The notes under the pieces were generated by a model. That model did not search any database. It was not told the DNA's origin and was given only the letters and a program-made list of their open reading frames with translations. 64,000 bases of DNA from Candidatus Latescibacterota bacterium (lineage in GTDB: Bacteria; Latescibacterota; UBA2968; UBA8231), in NCBI GenBank assembly GCA_965248355.1, contig OZ252098.1, forward strand, positions 2,752,001 to 2,816,000, given 5' to 3'. The position numbers and the translations under genes were made by a program. Shown here piece by piece: positions 8,924 through 18,045 of the stretch. Numbering within the stretch: the first letter of the stretch is position 1; every line of letters starts with the position of its first letter.

Positions 8924-10018
8924 CTACCGGAACCAGTCGTAGTTCAGGCCGAGGGAGCGGTCCGCCAGGGGCAGGTCCACGCGCTGCCCGCCGCGGGCCG
9001 AGGACAGCTTGAGGGCGATCTCCACCTCCAGGGCCGCGGCCACCCGCCGGCCCGAGTTCTTGGGCTCGTCCAGGCGGCCGGCGATGCAGTCCATGACGTC
9101 GTTGAGGGAGTAGATCCCGCCGTAGGGCGGCACGAACTGCGGCTTCGGCCACGGCATGGGCGTGCGCCGAACGCCGTCGTCCACCTCCACGTCCTGCGTC
9201 CGCCGCCAGCCCTCCACGAAGTCGAACCACATCTCGCCGCGGCCGCCGGTGAGCCGCACCCCGGGGGCGCCCCGGCGGAAGTGCACGGTGAGGCCGTCCT
9301 CGCAGACCATCAGCCCCTGGCCGGTGAACTCGTCGCTGCCCGACGCGCGTCTCGGCTGGTCGCCGGTGCCGGTCACCCAGGCGGGGCGGCTGTCCAGGAA
9401 GTAGGACCAGTTCTGGTGCTGGGCGCCGGGACCGGAGGCCTCGATGGAGATCAGCTCGCCCAGGGCCCCGTCCCGCAGCAGCTGGCGGGCTCGCTCGAAG
9501 GAGGGATGGGTGGTGGTGATGGAGCCGCAGCTCAGGGGCGCGGCGGCGGCGGCGCAGACGCTCACCATGCGGTCCGCCTCCTCCAGGGTGTGGGCCATGG
9601 GCTTCTCGGTGAAGATGCCCTTCGCCCCGCACTCGACGGCCAGGCAGGTGAGGTCGGCCCGGTGCTTGGTGTTGGTGGCGATGGCGACGATGTCGGGCCG
9701 CTCGGCGCGCAGCATCTCCCCGGCATCGGTGTAGAGGGCGTGCACGTCGTAGCGCTCGGAGAACGCCCGCAGGCGCTTGCGGTCGCGCTCGGCGGCGGCC
9801 ACCAGCTCGATCTCGGGCCGGTCGTGCAGGGCCTCGGCGTAGGAGGTGGGCAGGCCCTCGGTGCCGGGGTGGGTGTGGTGGTGGAACCGCCGGTGCAGGT
9901 CCAGCTCCGGCGTCGGGCGGTCGATGTCGTCGACGTTCCAGGTGCCCATGCGCTGGGCCAGGTCGTAGAGCATGCCCATCCAGCCCAGTCCGATGATGGC
10001 GCCGCGATACTCGGTCAT
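8924..10018 (-). CDS. Gfo/Idh/MocA-family oxidoreductase
   Basis: AIIGLGWMG, DIVAIAT, IFTEKPMA. Confidence 0.9.
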   Translation of the reverse strand: MTEYRGAIIGLGWMGMLYDLAQRMGTWNVDDIDRPTPELDLHRRFHHHTHPGTEGLPTSYAEALHDRPEIELVAAAERDRKRLRAFSERYDVHALYTDAGEMLRAERPDIVAIATNTKHRADLTCLAVECGAKGIFTEKPMAHTLEEADRMVSVCAAAAAPLSCGSITTTHPSFERARQLLRDGALGELISIEASGPGAQHQNWSYFLDSRPAWVTGTGDQPRRASGSDEFTGQGLMVCEDGLTVHFRRGAPGVRLTGGRGEMWFDFVEGWRRTQDVEVDDGVRRTPMPWPKPQFVPPYGGIYSLNDVMDCIAGRLDEPKNSGRRVAAALEVEIALKLSSARGGQRVDLPLADRSLGLNYDWFR

Positions 10019-10497
10019 TTCTTCTCCTCTGCCTCCGGAAGGCTCAGGCGCGCCGCGATGCGCATCTCCGCCAGACCGAAGCGGCCCTGGTCGGGAGTGG
10101 TGCGCACCACGAAGGCGCCCTCTTCCAAGCGGGTCTGGCCAGCGGCGAAGACCACCGGCTGGCCGAAGGGGATGAACCAGTCGATCAGGAAGCCGCCGTC
10201 GTCGAAGAAACGCAGATCGTAGCGCATCTGCAGCGGTTCGTCCGAGGTGTTGCGGAACTCGATGCGGAAGGGCCCCTCCACCTCCACGTCGTTCTCGTTC
10301 CCGGTGGGCAGCTGGGCGGCGGGGAACCAGCGGGCCGAGTCCACGACCACGGCCTGGAGCAGGCCCGGCGGCGCCGACTCGATCTGCAGGACGGTCCGCA
10401 GGTCCTCCGGGTCCCGCCAGCGCAGGGGGTCCTCGGCGTCGCCGCAGCCCCACGCCCACATCCCCAGGGCCACCGCCGTCAAGGCCGCCGGCCTCAC
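10015..10497 (-). CDS. Hypothetical lipoprotein
   Basis: GTG start overlapping the upstream stop; MRPAALTAVALGMWAWG-C lipobox-like signal. Confidence 0.65.
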   Translation of the reverse strand: MRPAALTAVALGMWAWGCGDAEDPLRWRDPEDLRTVLQIESAPPGLLQAVVVDSARWFPAAQLPTGNENDVEVEGPFRIEFRNTSDEPLQMRYDLRFFDDGGFLIDWFIPFGQPVVFAAGQTRLEEGAFVVRTTPDQGRFGLAEMRIAARLSLPEAEEKK

Positions 10498-11471
10498 CGG
10501 CCCGCCTCCGTGCTCTCCCGCTTGCGCAGCCGCGCCACGAAGAACCCCTCTCGCGTCTCGTCCGGGGCCAGGCGCGCGCAGCACCCCACGTCGGGGTGAA
10601 AGGCCCGTCCCTCCCACTCCTGCAGGACCGGCGCCGTGAAGGGCTCCGGCAGGTCGAGGGCCTCCACCTCCAGGGCCTCTCCGAAGCGCTCGAGCAGACC
10701 GTCGACGATGGCCTCGTTCTCCTCCGGCCCCAGGGTGCAGGTGCAGTACACGAGGACGCCGCCGGCCTTGAGGGACCGCACCGCGGAGATCGCCAGGTTC
10801 TTCTGCTTGCGGGCCATGTCGCGGATCTTCTTCGGCCCCCAGTAGCGGTAGCTGGCCGGGTCGCCGGCGCGGAAGCGGCCTTCGGAAGTGCACGGCGCGT
10901 CGAGGAGCACCCGGTCGAAGCGTTCCGGCACTTTGCGCCCCACGCCGCCGCCGTCGGCCAGGTAGGTCTGGGCGATGGTCACGCCGCAGCGCTCCAGGTT
11001 GCGCCGCAGGCGGTGGAAGCGGGCCTTCACCGACTCCACCGCGGCGATGCGTCCGCGGTTGTCCATGCGCCCGGCGATCTGCACGGTCTTGCCGCCCGGC
11101 GCTGCCGCGAGGTCCAGGACTTCCTCTCCCGGCCGCGGATCGAGCAGCAGGACGGGCACCATGCTCGAGGGATTCTGCAAGTAGACCCGCCCCTCGCGCG
11201 CGGCCCCGCTGTCGACGAGGGCGCGGCGCTGGGCCGAGGGCGCCACCCACGCCCCGGGGGGCCACTCCAGAAGCTGCGGGGTGATCCCCTCCCGACTCAG
11301 CTCGGCCACGGCCTCCTCCTCGGAGGCCTTCAGCGTGTTGACGCGGAAGGCCGCGCCCGGCGCGGACCGCACGGAGCGGCGCCAGCCGTCGACGCGCGGG
11401 GCGGGCCACAGCCGCTCCACGCGGGAGAGGAACTCGGCCGGCAGACCGGCTTCGAGGTTGCATTCGCTCAT
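10494..11471 (-). CDS. RsmB/RsmF (NOL1/NOP2) RNA m5C methyltransferase
   Basis: RVNTLK, QNPSSM, LDLAAAPGGKT, FDRVLLDAPC, VYCTCT..PEENE. Confidence 0.92.
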   Translation of the reverse strand: MSECNLEAGLPAEFLSRVERLWPAPRVDGWRRSVRSAPGAAFRVNTLKASEEEAVAELSREGITPQLLEWPPGAWVAPSAQRRALVDSGAAREGRVYLQNPSSMVPVLLLDPRPGEEVLDLAAAPGGKTVQIAGRMDNRGRIAAVESVKARFHRLRRNLERCGVTIAQTYLADGGGVGRKVPERFDRVLLDAPCTSEGRFRAGDPASYRYWGPKKIRDMARKQKNLAISAVRSLKAGGVLVYCTCTLGPEENEAIVDGLLERFGEALEVEALDLPEPFTAPVLQEWEGRAFHPDVGCCARLAPDETREGFFVARLRKRESTEAGR

Positions 11472-11516
11472 GACTCGGGGAAGCGCCGCCGTATATGTAC
11501 CGCCGCCGCCGGCTGT

Positions 11517-11647
11517 CCGCCAACCGGCTGGATCCGGCCACGGAGGGTACAAGGCCACCGGCAGAGCCGCCGGCCGCGGGGCCCGCCAACCCGACGGGGC
11601 CGGCCGCGGAGGGAGCTCGGCCACCGGCAGGGCTCGTCGGCCGCGGG
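11517..11647. repeat. Imperfect tandem direct repeat, 2 copies, 66-bp period, in a divergent intergenic region
   Basis: CCGCCAACC..CCGGCC.CGGAGGG..GGCCACCGGCAG..CGGCCGCGGG at 11517 and 11583. Confidence 0.7.
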
Positions 11648-11765
11648 ACGGGGTTGCCACTGTGCCGCCGGCCGACGTATCCCATAGGCTTGGCCGGAAC
11701 GCCCGGGCGCCTCGGGCATCCCGTCCTGCAAGACTCGCATCCCCCGTACCCTGGAGCACATCGAA

Positions 11766-13637
11766 ATGACACGAACGTCCGCCGGCCTCGTACCGGTCCT
11801 GATCACCGCCCTGGCCGCCCTCGCCTCCGCCGAGAACGCCGACCGTCCGCGCATCACCGTCGAGCCGGTCAACCCGTGGACCCACCTGGACCTGCGCAAC
11901 GATCCCGACCACTTCCAGTTCGCCATCGTCACCGACCGCACCGGGGGGCATCGGGAGGGCGTCTTCGCCGATGCCATGGGCAAGCTGAACCTGCTGCAGC
12001 CCGAGTTCGTCATGAGCGTGGGCGACCTGATCGAGGGCTACACCGAGGACCGGGAAACCCTCGACGCCGAGTGGGACGAGTTCGACGGCTTCCTCGACGT
12101 CCTCGACATGCCCTTCTTCTACCTGCCGGGCAATCACGACATCTCCAACGAGGTCATGGCCGACGTCTGGAGCGAACGCTTCGGCCGCGCCTACTACTCC
12201 TTCGTGTACCGGGACGTGCTCTTCGTCGGCCTCAACTCCGAGGACGGGGAACCGGGCAACGTGGGGCCCGGGCAGCGCGACTGGCTGGCCGGCGTGCTCG
12301 GCGAGCACCGCGACGTGCGCTGGACCCTGGTCTTCGTGCACAAGCCCCTGTGGAACTACGTGGACGGGGGAGAGCTGCGGGACACGGGCTGGGCCGAAGT
12401 GGAGGAGCTGCTCCGAGGCCGCCGCCACACGGTCTTCGCCGGCCACTTCCACCGCTACACCAAGCACGTGCGCAACGACAGCCGCTACTTCGTGCTGGCC
12501 ACCACCGGCGGCGGCAGCTCCCTGGCCGGGCCCCTCTACGGTCAGTTCGACCACGTCGTCTGGGTGACCATGACCGACGACGGCCCGAGGATCGCCAACC
12601 TCATGCTCGACGGCATCTGGGACGAGGACATCCGCACCGAGGAGATGGCGCGCCTCGTGGGCCCCCTGATCTCGGGCGGCGCTGTCGTCGTCGAGCCGAT
12701 CCTGGGGCGCTCGAAGCGCTTCGGCGGCGGCGTCACCTCCATCCGCCTCACCAACGACGCCGACGTGCCGCTGCGCATCTCGGCCCGCTTCGCCGAGCAC
12801 GCGCTGCTGCTCCCGTCGCCGGCCTCCATCGACCGGGAGCTGCCCCCGAACTCGGTGGAGCGGATCGATCTCGAGATCTCCACGGAGCGGGAGCGGTCCG
12901 TGGACGAGCTGTCGCCGCTGCAGCTGCAGTGGCAGGCCGAGTACGTGCAGGACGAGCTCGAGATCCCGGCGGTGGACGGCAGCGCCCCCATGGTGGTGAG
13001 CCGCATCTACGAGCTGCCCCGCCGGACCGCCGCACCCGTGGTCGTCGACGGCGACCTCAGCGACTGGGACCAGCTCGCCTTCCACGTGCCGGAACCGGCC
13101 GAGATCGACGTCGACGCGGATTCCTGGACCGGCCCCGACGACTGCTCCTGGCGCTTCGGCGTCGAGTACGACGACGAGAACCTCTACGTGGCGGTGGAGG
13201 TCACCGACGAGCGCCGCATCTACCTCGGCGCCAACGCCTGGTCCCAGGACGGCCTGGAGCTGCGCGTCGACGGCCGTTCCGACCCGGAGCGCTCCCGCGG
13301 ACGCGACGCCAGCCGCTCCGTGGAGGAACGCGTCTTCGTCGCCATCAGTCCGGGCGAGCGGTTGGAGGAGATGGTCCTGGTGGCGCCGGAGGAGCTGGAC
13401 TCCCTCGGGGTGCAGGCCGTCGGCATCCCCACGCCGGCTGGCCACGCCTACGAGGTCTCCATCCCCCTGGCCTATATCGAGCACCGCCAGGGCAGGGATT
13501 GGCGCCGGCTGCGGCTCAACATCGCCGTGGACGACTTCGACGAGGAGACCGGCCCCCTGGCCCAGTTGTGGTGGCAGCCCGACTGGCGCGATGCGACGAA
13601 CTTCCCCGGCTCCGGGACCTTCGAGCGCGAGCCGTGA
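11766..13637 (+). CDS. Secreted calcineurin-like metallophosphoesterase with C-terminal CBM9/DOMON-like domain
   Basis: VGDLIEG, PGNHD, VHKP, FAGHFH; VVDGDLSDW...YDDENLYVAVEVTD. Confidence 0.85.
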   Translation: MTRTSAGLVPVLITALAALASAENADRPRITVEPVNPWTHLDLRNDPDHFQFAIVTDRTGGHREGVFADAMGKLNLLQPEFVMSVGDLIEGYTEDRETLDAEWDEFDGFLDVLDMPFFYLPGNHDISNEVMADVWSERFGRAYYSFVYRDVLFVGLNSEDGEPGNVGPGQRDWLAGVLGEHRDVRWTLVFVHKPLWNYVDGGELRDTGWAEVEELLRGRRHTVFAGHFHRYTKHVRNDSRYFVLATTGGGSSLAGPLYGQFDHVVWVTMTDDGPRIANLMLDGIWDEDIRTEEMARLVGPLISGGAVVVEPILGRSKRFGGGVTSIRLTNDADVPLRISARFAEHALLLPSPASIDRELPPNSVERIDLEISTERERSVDELSPLQLQWQAEYVQDELEIPAVDGSAPMVVSRIYELPRRTAAPVVVDGDLSDWDQLAFHVPEPAEIDVDADSWTGPDDCSWRFGVEYDDENLYVAVEVTDERRIYLGANAWSQDGLELRVDGRSDPERSRGRDASRSVEERVFVAISPGERLEEMVLVAPEELDSLGVQAVGIPTPAGHAYEVSIPLAYIEHRQGRDWRRLRLNIAVDDFDEETGPLAQLWWQPDWRDATNFPGSGTFEREP

Positions 13638-13706
13638 AGGCGCCGGACTCCGCGGACGGCCCCCCCTCGGGGTCCCCGGCGCCTGCTGAGCCCAGGGACC
13701 GCGCGC

Positions 13707-15347
13707 TCAGTGGAAGTCCTGGTACCTCTTCAGCACCAGCATCAGGATCCCCTGCATCACCAGCGCCAGGCCGAGGAGGCGGCTCCCTTCGCCGGGCCGG
13801 CGGCCGAGATGGAGGGCCGCGCACAGAGCGGCCAGAGGCAGGGCGAAGATCCACAGGCGCGCGCTCTCCCCGGCCGTGGACCCCAGGGCCGCCAGCCCCC
13901 CCAGCAGGCACAGCAAGCTCACTCCCGGCGCGCCGCCCCCGCGGCGCCGCAACTCCGCCGCGCACAGCAGGACCAGCGGAGGGCCGCTCCAGAGGGCGAA
14001 CTCCACCAGGTTGAGGGCTCCGAAGTAGAGGCGGTTCCCCGGGCTCCAGTCGACGGCCTTCGCGACCTCGTGGATGGCCACGGCCTGGACGAAGCGGTGT
14101 CCGGCGTCGTAGCCGCACAGCGCCATTCCCACCCAGGCGCCCGCGAACCCGGCCGCCGCCCAGGCCGCCGCGGAGACCGGCGCCGGGGGGGCCGGGTCCG
14201 ACCGCCGCATCGCCCAGGCCAGGGCCGGAGGCACCACCGCCAGGGGCGCCAGGGCGAAGGAGACCCAGGTGGCCAGGTAGAAGGCGATCCCGGTGAGCAA
14301 GGCGGACCGGTGGCCGCCCTCCTGCAGGGCGCGCACGGCCAGGTAGAGGAAGGCCGTGCCCAGCAGCGGATGCAGGTAGTGGTCGGCATGCATGCCGATG
14401 AGGACGACGCTCGGAGCGAGCACGTAGAGCAGGGCCGCCGTGAGGGCGCCGCGGTCGTCGGTGAACCGCAGGGCCAGGGCGTACAGGGGGATCACGGCGG
14501 CATACGCCAGCAGGGGCAGGACCAGGGCGGCGAAGGTGGCCAGCCGCTGCAGAGGGTTGTCGGGCAGCCCGGGGAAGGCCCGCCCGAGGCGCTCCACGAC
14601 TCCGAGAAAGACCTGGAGGCCCGGCGGCTTGGTGGCGTGGAAGAAGGGGGACAGCTCGCCGTCGGCCAGCAGCTCGTCGTACCGCGTCAGCACCCGCCAC
14701 AGGCTCGGCTGCTCGACGGCGGCGCGGGCGAAGACGCCGTGCCCGGAGTCGGTGAACCGGCTCCGCAGGACGTCCAGGCCGCGCCCCTCCATGAGCGCCA
14801 GCCCGTGGTGGAGGCAGGCCCCCCAGACGACGATGAGCACCACGTTCCAGCGGCGGCGCCCCGGGGCCCGCAGAACGACCGCCGCCACGGCCGCGGTGCC
14901 GGCGGCCAGCGGCGCCCAGAGCCAGACCCACGGCAGCGCCGTGGTGTGCAGCGGCCAGAACCATCCAGGCAGGGCCTCGAAGACCGGCGCCCCGAGCAGG
15001 TAGATCCCGCAGACGAAGGCGGTGGACAGCACCATGCCGCCCGCCAGCGGCCGGTTCCAGGGGGCGCGCAGGCGAGGGGCGAGCCACATCCAGGCGCCGG
15101 CCGCCGGTCCGCTGGCCAGCAGCAGCAGGGCCCCACGCAGGACCAGGGCGTCGGCGCGGCCCAGGTGGTACTCCACCGGATGGATGGACTGTCCGGTGAT
15201 GATCTCGTTGAGCAGCCCCACCGGCATGCGCTGCTCGTACATGGCCAGCACGATCCGCTCGCCGAAGAGGGCGTGGAGCGCCATCCCGGCCGCGGCCGCA
15301 GCGGGGCCGGCCAAGGAGAGCAGGAGTGCGCCTTGAGGGAATGCCAC
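13707..15347 (-). CDS. Polytopic membrane protein, probable GT-C fold glycosyltransferase
   Basis: More than 10 hydrophobic segments, loop motif FHATKPPG, GESARLW near the C-terminus. Confidence 0.5.
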   Translation of the reverse strand: MAFPQGALLLSLAGPAAAAAGMALHALFGERIVLAMYEQRMPVGLLNEIITGQSIHPVEYHLGRADALVLRGALLLLASGPAAGAWMWLAPRLRAPWNRPLAGGMVLSTAFVCGIYLLGAPVFEALPGWFWPLHTTALPWVWLWAPLAAGTAAVAAVVLRAPGRRRWNVVLIVVWGACLHHGLALMEGRGLDVLRSRFTDSGHGVFARAAVEQPSLWRVLTRYDELLADGELSPFFHATKPPGLQVFLGVVERLGRAFPGLPDNPLQRLATFAALVLPLLAYAAVIPLYALALRFTDDRGALTAALLYVLAPSVVLIGMHADHYLHPLLGTAFLYLAVRALQEGGHRSALLTGIAFYLATWVSFALAPLAVVPPALAWAMRRSDPAPPAPVSAAAWAAAGFAGAWVGMALCGYDAGHRFVQAVAIHEVAKAVDWSPGNRLYFGALNLVEFALWSGPPLVLLCAAELRRRGGGAPGVSLLCLLGGLAALGSTAGESARLWIFALPLAALCAALHLGRRPGEGSRLLGLALVMQGILMLVLKRYQDFH

Positions 15348-15455
15348 GATACCGGTGTCCGGTGAACCTTCCGCGGCCTGAGACTAACCTCGCGGGGACC
15401 CCGCGAAAAGCGGTTGACGGGGAAGGACCCAACGGTTGGTGTTCGGCGGGGTCCT

Positions 15456-15473
15456 GTGTCCGCTATCGGACAC
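15456..15473. promoter_or_regulatory. Palindromic upstream activator site GTGTCCG-CTAT-CGGACAC (TGT-N10-ACA)
   Basis: Perfect 7-bp inverted repeat about 65-80 bp upstream of a sigma54 box. Confidence 0.55.
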
Positions 15474-15536
15474 TGTCGTCCGAGGCCGGCCATGTGCGGC
15501 CCCCTTTCCTCCGGGGCGCCAAGGGAGGAGAAGGAC

Positions 15537-15552
15537 TGGCACGGGGATTGCA
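15537..15552 (+). promoter_or_regulatory. Sigma54 (-24/-12) promoter TGGCAC-GGGGA-TTGCA
   Basis: Exact match to the TGGCAC-N5-TTGC consensus. Confidence 0.7.
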
Positions 15553-15596
15553 GTAAGGCATGGCGACCACTCACCCCTCAAGCAGAGGAGGACGCC

Positions 15597-15713
15597 ATGA
15601 ACAGGATTCAATTCGTCAGAGAGATCGCCGTCCCCGCGGCCATCGTCTTCTGCTACGCCGGACTCTCCGCCTTCTCCCACTACGCCACCGTCATGCTGGC
15701 GCGCACCACCTGA
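15597..15713 (+). CDS. 38-aa small hydrophobic protein MNRIQFVREIAVPAAIVFCYAGLSAFSHYATVMLARTT
   Basis: GAGGAGG RBS just upstream, GC3-rich codons, single TM-like segment, downstream of the sigma54 box. Confidence 0.6.
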   Translation: MNRIQFVREIAVPAAIVFCYAGLSAFSHYATVMLARTT

Positions 15714-16052
15714 GGCGGCGAACCAGCCCCTCGTTCGCTCCCGGGCCGTCCGCCTGTCCCCCGCAGGCCGGCGGCCCGGTTTGTCTCGATCAAGACCCCC
15801 GAACAGCACCCTGCCCATGTCCGGCGATGCCTGAGGTCTGGCTCCGCTCTCGAGCGGAAGACCGCCCGCGGGTCCCATCGATGGATGCGCTGGTCAGGCT
15901 TCCAGCTTGGCGGGCGGGCGGCCATGGCAAGGAGACTCGTGCAAGATGTGCCTTGCCCGTGCAGAATCAGCATCTGGGCCGGGTCCCGGGGATGGGTTAG
16001 GATTGTCAAATGGATCCGGGCAGCCGTTCAAACTTGAGAGAGGAGCCTCGAC

Positions 16053-16178
16053 ATGCAGTCCAGAGGGAGGATCATTTTCACGGGCAACTTCTGGGAGTAC
16101 TTCATCCAGTCCCTGGGCCTGCTCGTGCTGCCCTACTGGACGTACTGGCAGTTCAAGTACTTCTTCGCGAACATGTAG
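16053..16178 (+). pseudogene. Remnant of a small DUF6693/DUF898-like membrane protein
   Basis: MQSRGRIIFTGNFWEYFIQSLGLLVL|PYWTYWQFKYFFANM* followed by IEIE; apparent internal deletion and GAG>TAG stop; GAGGAG RBS. Confidence 0.5.
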
Positions 16179-16336
16179 ATCGAGATCGAGATCGAGAGTG
16201 CAGGAGGCACTTAGGGCGGCTCCCCCGTCGCTGCGGGTCGGCTTCAGTCTCCCCGGCTGACCAGCGCCGTTGTGCGGCTGTGCGCCACCCGAGGTTGCAC
16301 CTCCGTCGAGGCGGCCGGATTCCGCCGGATGGCCCC

Positions 16337-17098
16337 GGTTACCTGGTGATCGAGGCCGTGCTCACCACCGAGGAAGTGGCCGCCGCCAACGCGGCCATCG
16401 AGCACCACGTGGATCTCGTGGAAAGGCGCGAGCCGGGCCTGGCCCAAGGGGCCGAGCACTTGGTCGCCCGGACGGGCCGCGGCGAGCTGCAACAGAACCC
16501 CCTGACCTTCGAGCGTCCCTGGTGCGAGCCCTTCCGGCGCATGCTGACCCACCCCCGGGTCGTCGACATCTTCAACGAGATCCTGGGAACGGGCTTCCGC
16601 CTCGATCACGGCCCGGGCCTGATCCAGATGGACGACGAGACCGAGGGCCACCGCCTTCACGGCGGCATGACCTTCGACCCGAGCCAGTACCACGGCTTTA
16701 CCCACGGCCGCATGCACTGCGGGCTGTGCGTGGCGGCCTGGCAGTTGACCGACATGCGGCCGGGGGACGGCGGCTTCGCCTGCATCCCCGGCAGCCACAA
16801 GGCCAACTACCGCCCGCCCCAGAAAATGCTGAAGCTGGACGAGGACTGGGGCTGTGTGGAGCAGGTGGCCGCTCCGGCCGGGTCAGTGGTGATCTTCAAC
16901 GAGGCCCTGGTCCACGGCACCCTGCCGTGGGGCCCCGCCGACCGCATGCGCCGTTCGATCCTCTTCAAGTACTCCCCCGGCTTCATGTCCTGGGGAAACC
17001 CCCACGGGGAGTGCCCGATCGCCGACCCGACGCCCGAGGAAGAGGCGATCTACCAGGACCCCCGGCGCACGGGCCGCACGGCGCTGGGGCAGGGATAG
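16337..17098 (+). CDS. Phytanoyl-CoA dioxygenase (PhyH) family Fe/2OG oxygenase; N-terminus appears clipped, start uncertain (GTG 16346)
   Basis: GYLVIEAVLT, LHGG, GGFACIPGSHK, GSVVIFNEALVHGT, RRSILFKY. Confidence 0.8.
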   Translation, partial: GYLVIEAVLTTEEVAAANAAIEHHVDLVERREPGLAQGAEHLVARTGRGELQQNPLTFERPWCEPFRRMLTHPRVVDIFNEILGTGFRLDHGPGLIQMDDETEGHRLHGGMTFDPSQYHGFTHGRMHCGLCVAAWQLTDMRPGDGGFACIPGSHKANYRPPQKMLKLDEDWGCVEQVAAPAGSVVIFNEALVHGTLPWGPADRMRRSILFKYSPGFMSWGNPHGECPIADPTPEEEAIYQDPRRTGRTALGQG

Positions 17099-17214
17099 CA
17101 GGCAAGGTGCGGACGGCATAACTGAGGCCAATACAAGGGGTTAGGCCGAAGTCCGTCCTGGCTACCTCGATTGCGATTGCCCACCCGAAGACATAGCTTG
17201 CTCCGTCTGACTCC

Positions 17215-17547
17215 ATGAAGTTGCCCAACGGGACCAATGCGACGATACCAGCCGGGAAAGTCGTGCAATACCTGCTTTCCGATGTACATGCCGTAGGTCG
17301 AGCGAAGGCGAGGTTCTTCCGTGGTGTGGGTTACCGACAGGAGGATCCGTCCGTCCTCGAAGCTGACTTGGCAAGCATCGCCCGTAATGAGCAGGTCTCC
17401 GAAATCCTGCAGACACATCATGGTACCAAGTTTGTGGTGGATGGTCGTGTGAGAACCCCATCGGGATCGAGTGTTCGGATAAGGACCGTCTGGATCGTTG
17501 AGCGTGGCTCAGCTCGACCTCGTCTGGTGACAGCTTATCCAGCCTGA
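17215..17547 (+). CDS. DUF6883-like protein (putative toxin/nuclease)
   Basis: KVVQYLLS..H..GRAKARFF and IRTVWIVE...PRLVTAYP. Confidence 0.75.
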   Translation: MKLPNGTNATIPAGKVVQYLLSDVHAVGRAKARFFRGVGYRQEDPSVLEADLASIARNEQVSEILQTHHGTKFVVDGRVRTPSGSSVRIRTVWIVERGSARPRLVTAYPA

Positions 17548-17562
17548 TCACGGAGGACGAAG

Positions 17563-17796
17563 ATGACTGAATTGGATTTGGTAGTTCTCGAAGGGCCCAT
17601 CGTAGAGCACGGTCTGGTGGCCGGAGACGTGGGCACGGTGGTGCATAGATATGCGGACGATAAGGCGTCGGAGGTGGAGTTCGTGGATACCCAGGGCACG
17701 ACCATCGCGGTTCTGACCTTGGATGATTCTGCAGTGCGTCCTCCCATGGCGGGTGAGATTCTGCACGTCAGGGATGTATCGCCCGCGGCATCCTGA
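17563..17796 (+). CDS. DUF4926-domain protein
   Basis: ELDLVVL...GLVAGDVGTVVHRY...EVEFV..QGTTIAVLTL...ILHVR. Confidence 0.85.
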   Translation: MTELDLVVLEGPIVEHGLVAGDVGTVVHRYADDKASEVEFVDTQGTTIAVLTLDDSAVRPPMAGEILHVRDVSPAAS

Positions 17797-18045
17797 CTCT
17801 GATGACCAGCTCTGGAGAGGGCAATCTCGCGAATCAGGAAGGTGGGCCGTGCGAATCGCATGGCTCAGGAGATCCCGGACCATGAGCCGTCGTTCGGAAA
17901 GCGCGAGCAAGACTTCCCCAGTACGTCCGAGTCCAGGCGGCCATCGCCTACAGCCGTTTGGGACTGGCAATTGGGGCGTACCGTCCCGGAGCCGAGATTG
18001 AGGACGACGGGGCCCTGCCAGAATGCCCCATGCATTGGAGATGAT

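Noticed and set aside
11517..11647. Tandem repeat considered as a mini CRISPR array
   Set aside because: Only two degenerate units, no unique spacers and no cas genes.
6354..13484. Very long N-terminal extensions in the ORF track (6354..9632, 8924..10459, 10015..11772, 10494..13484)
   Set aside because: Stop-poor alternative frames in high-GC DNA overlapping real genes; true starts lie downstream.
17114..17146. GCATAAC...GTTAGGC resembling integron attC ends before the DUF6883 gene
   Set aside because: Too short for an attC, imperfect core, no internal L boxes and no integron integrase in the window.
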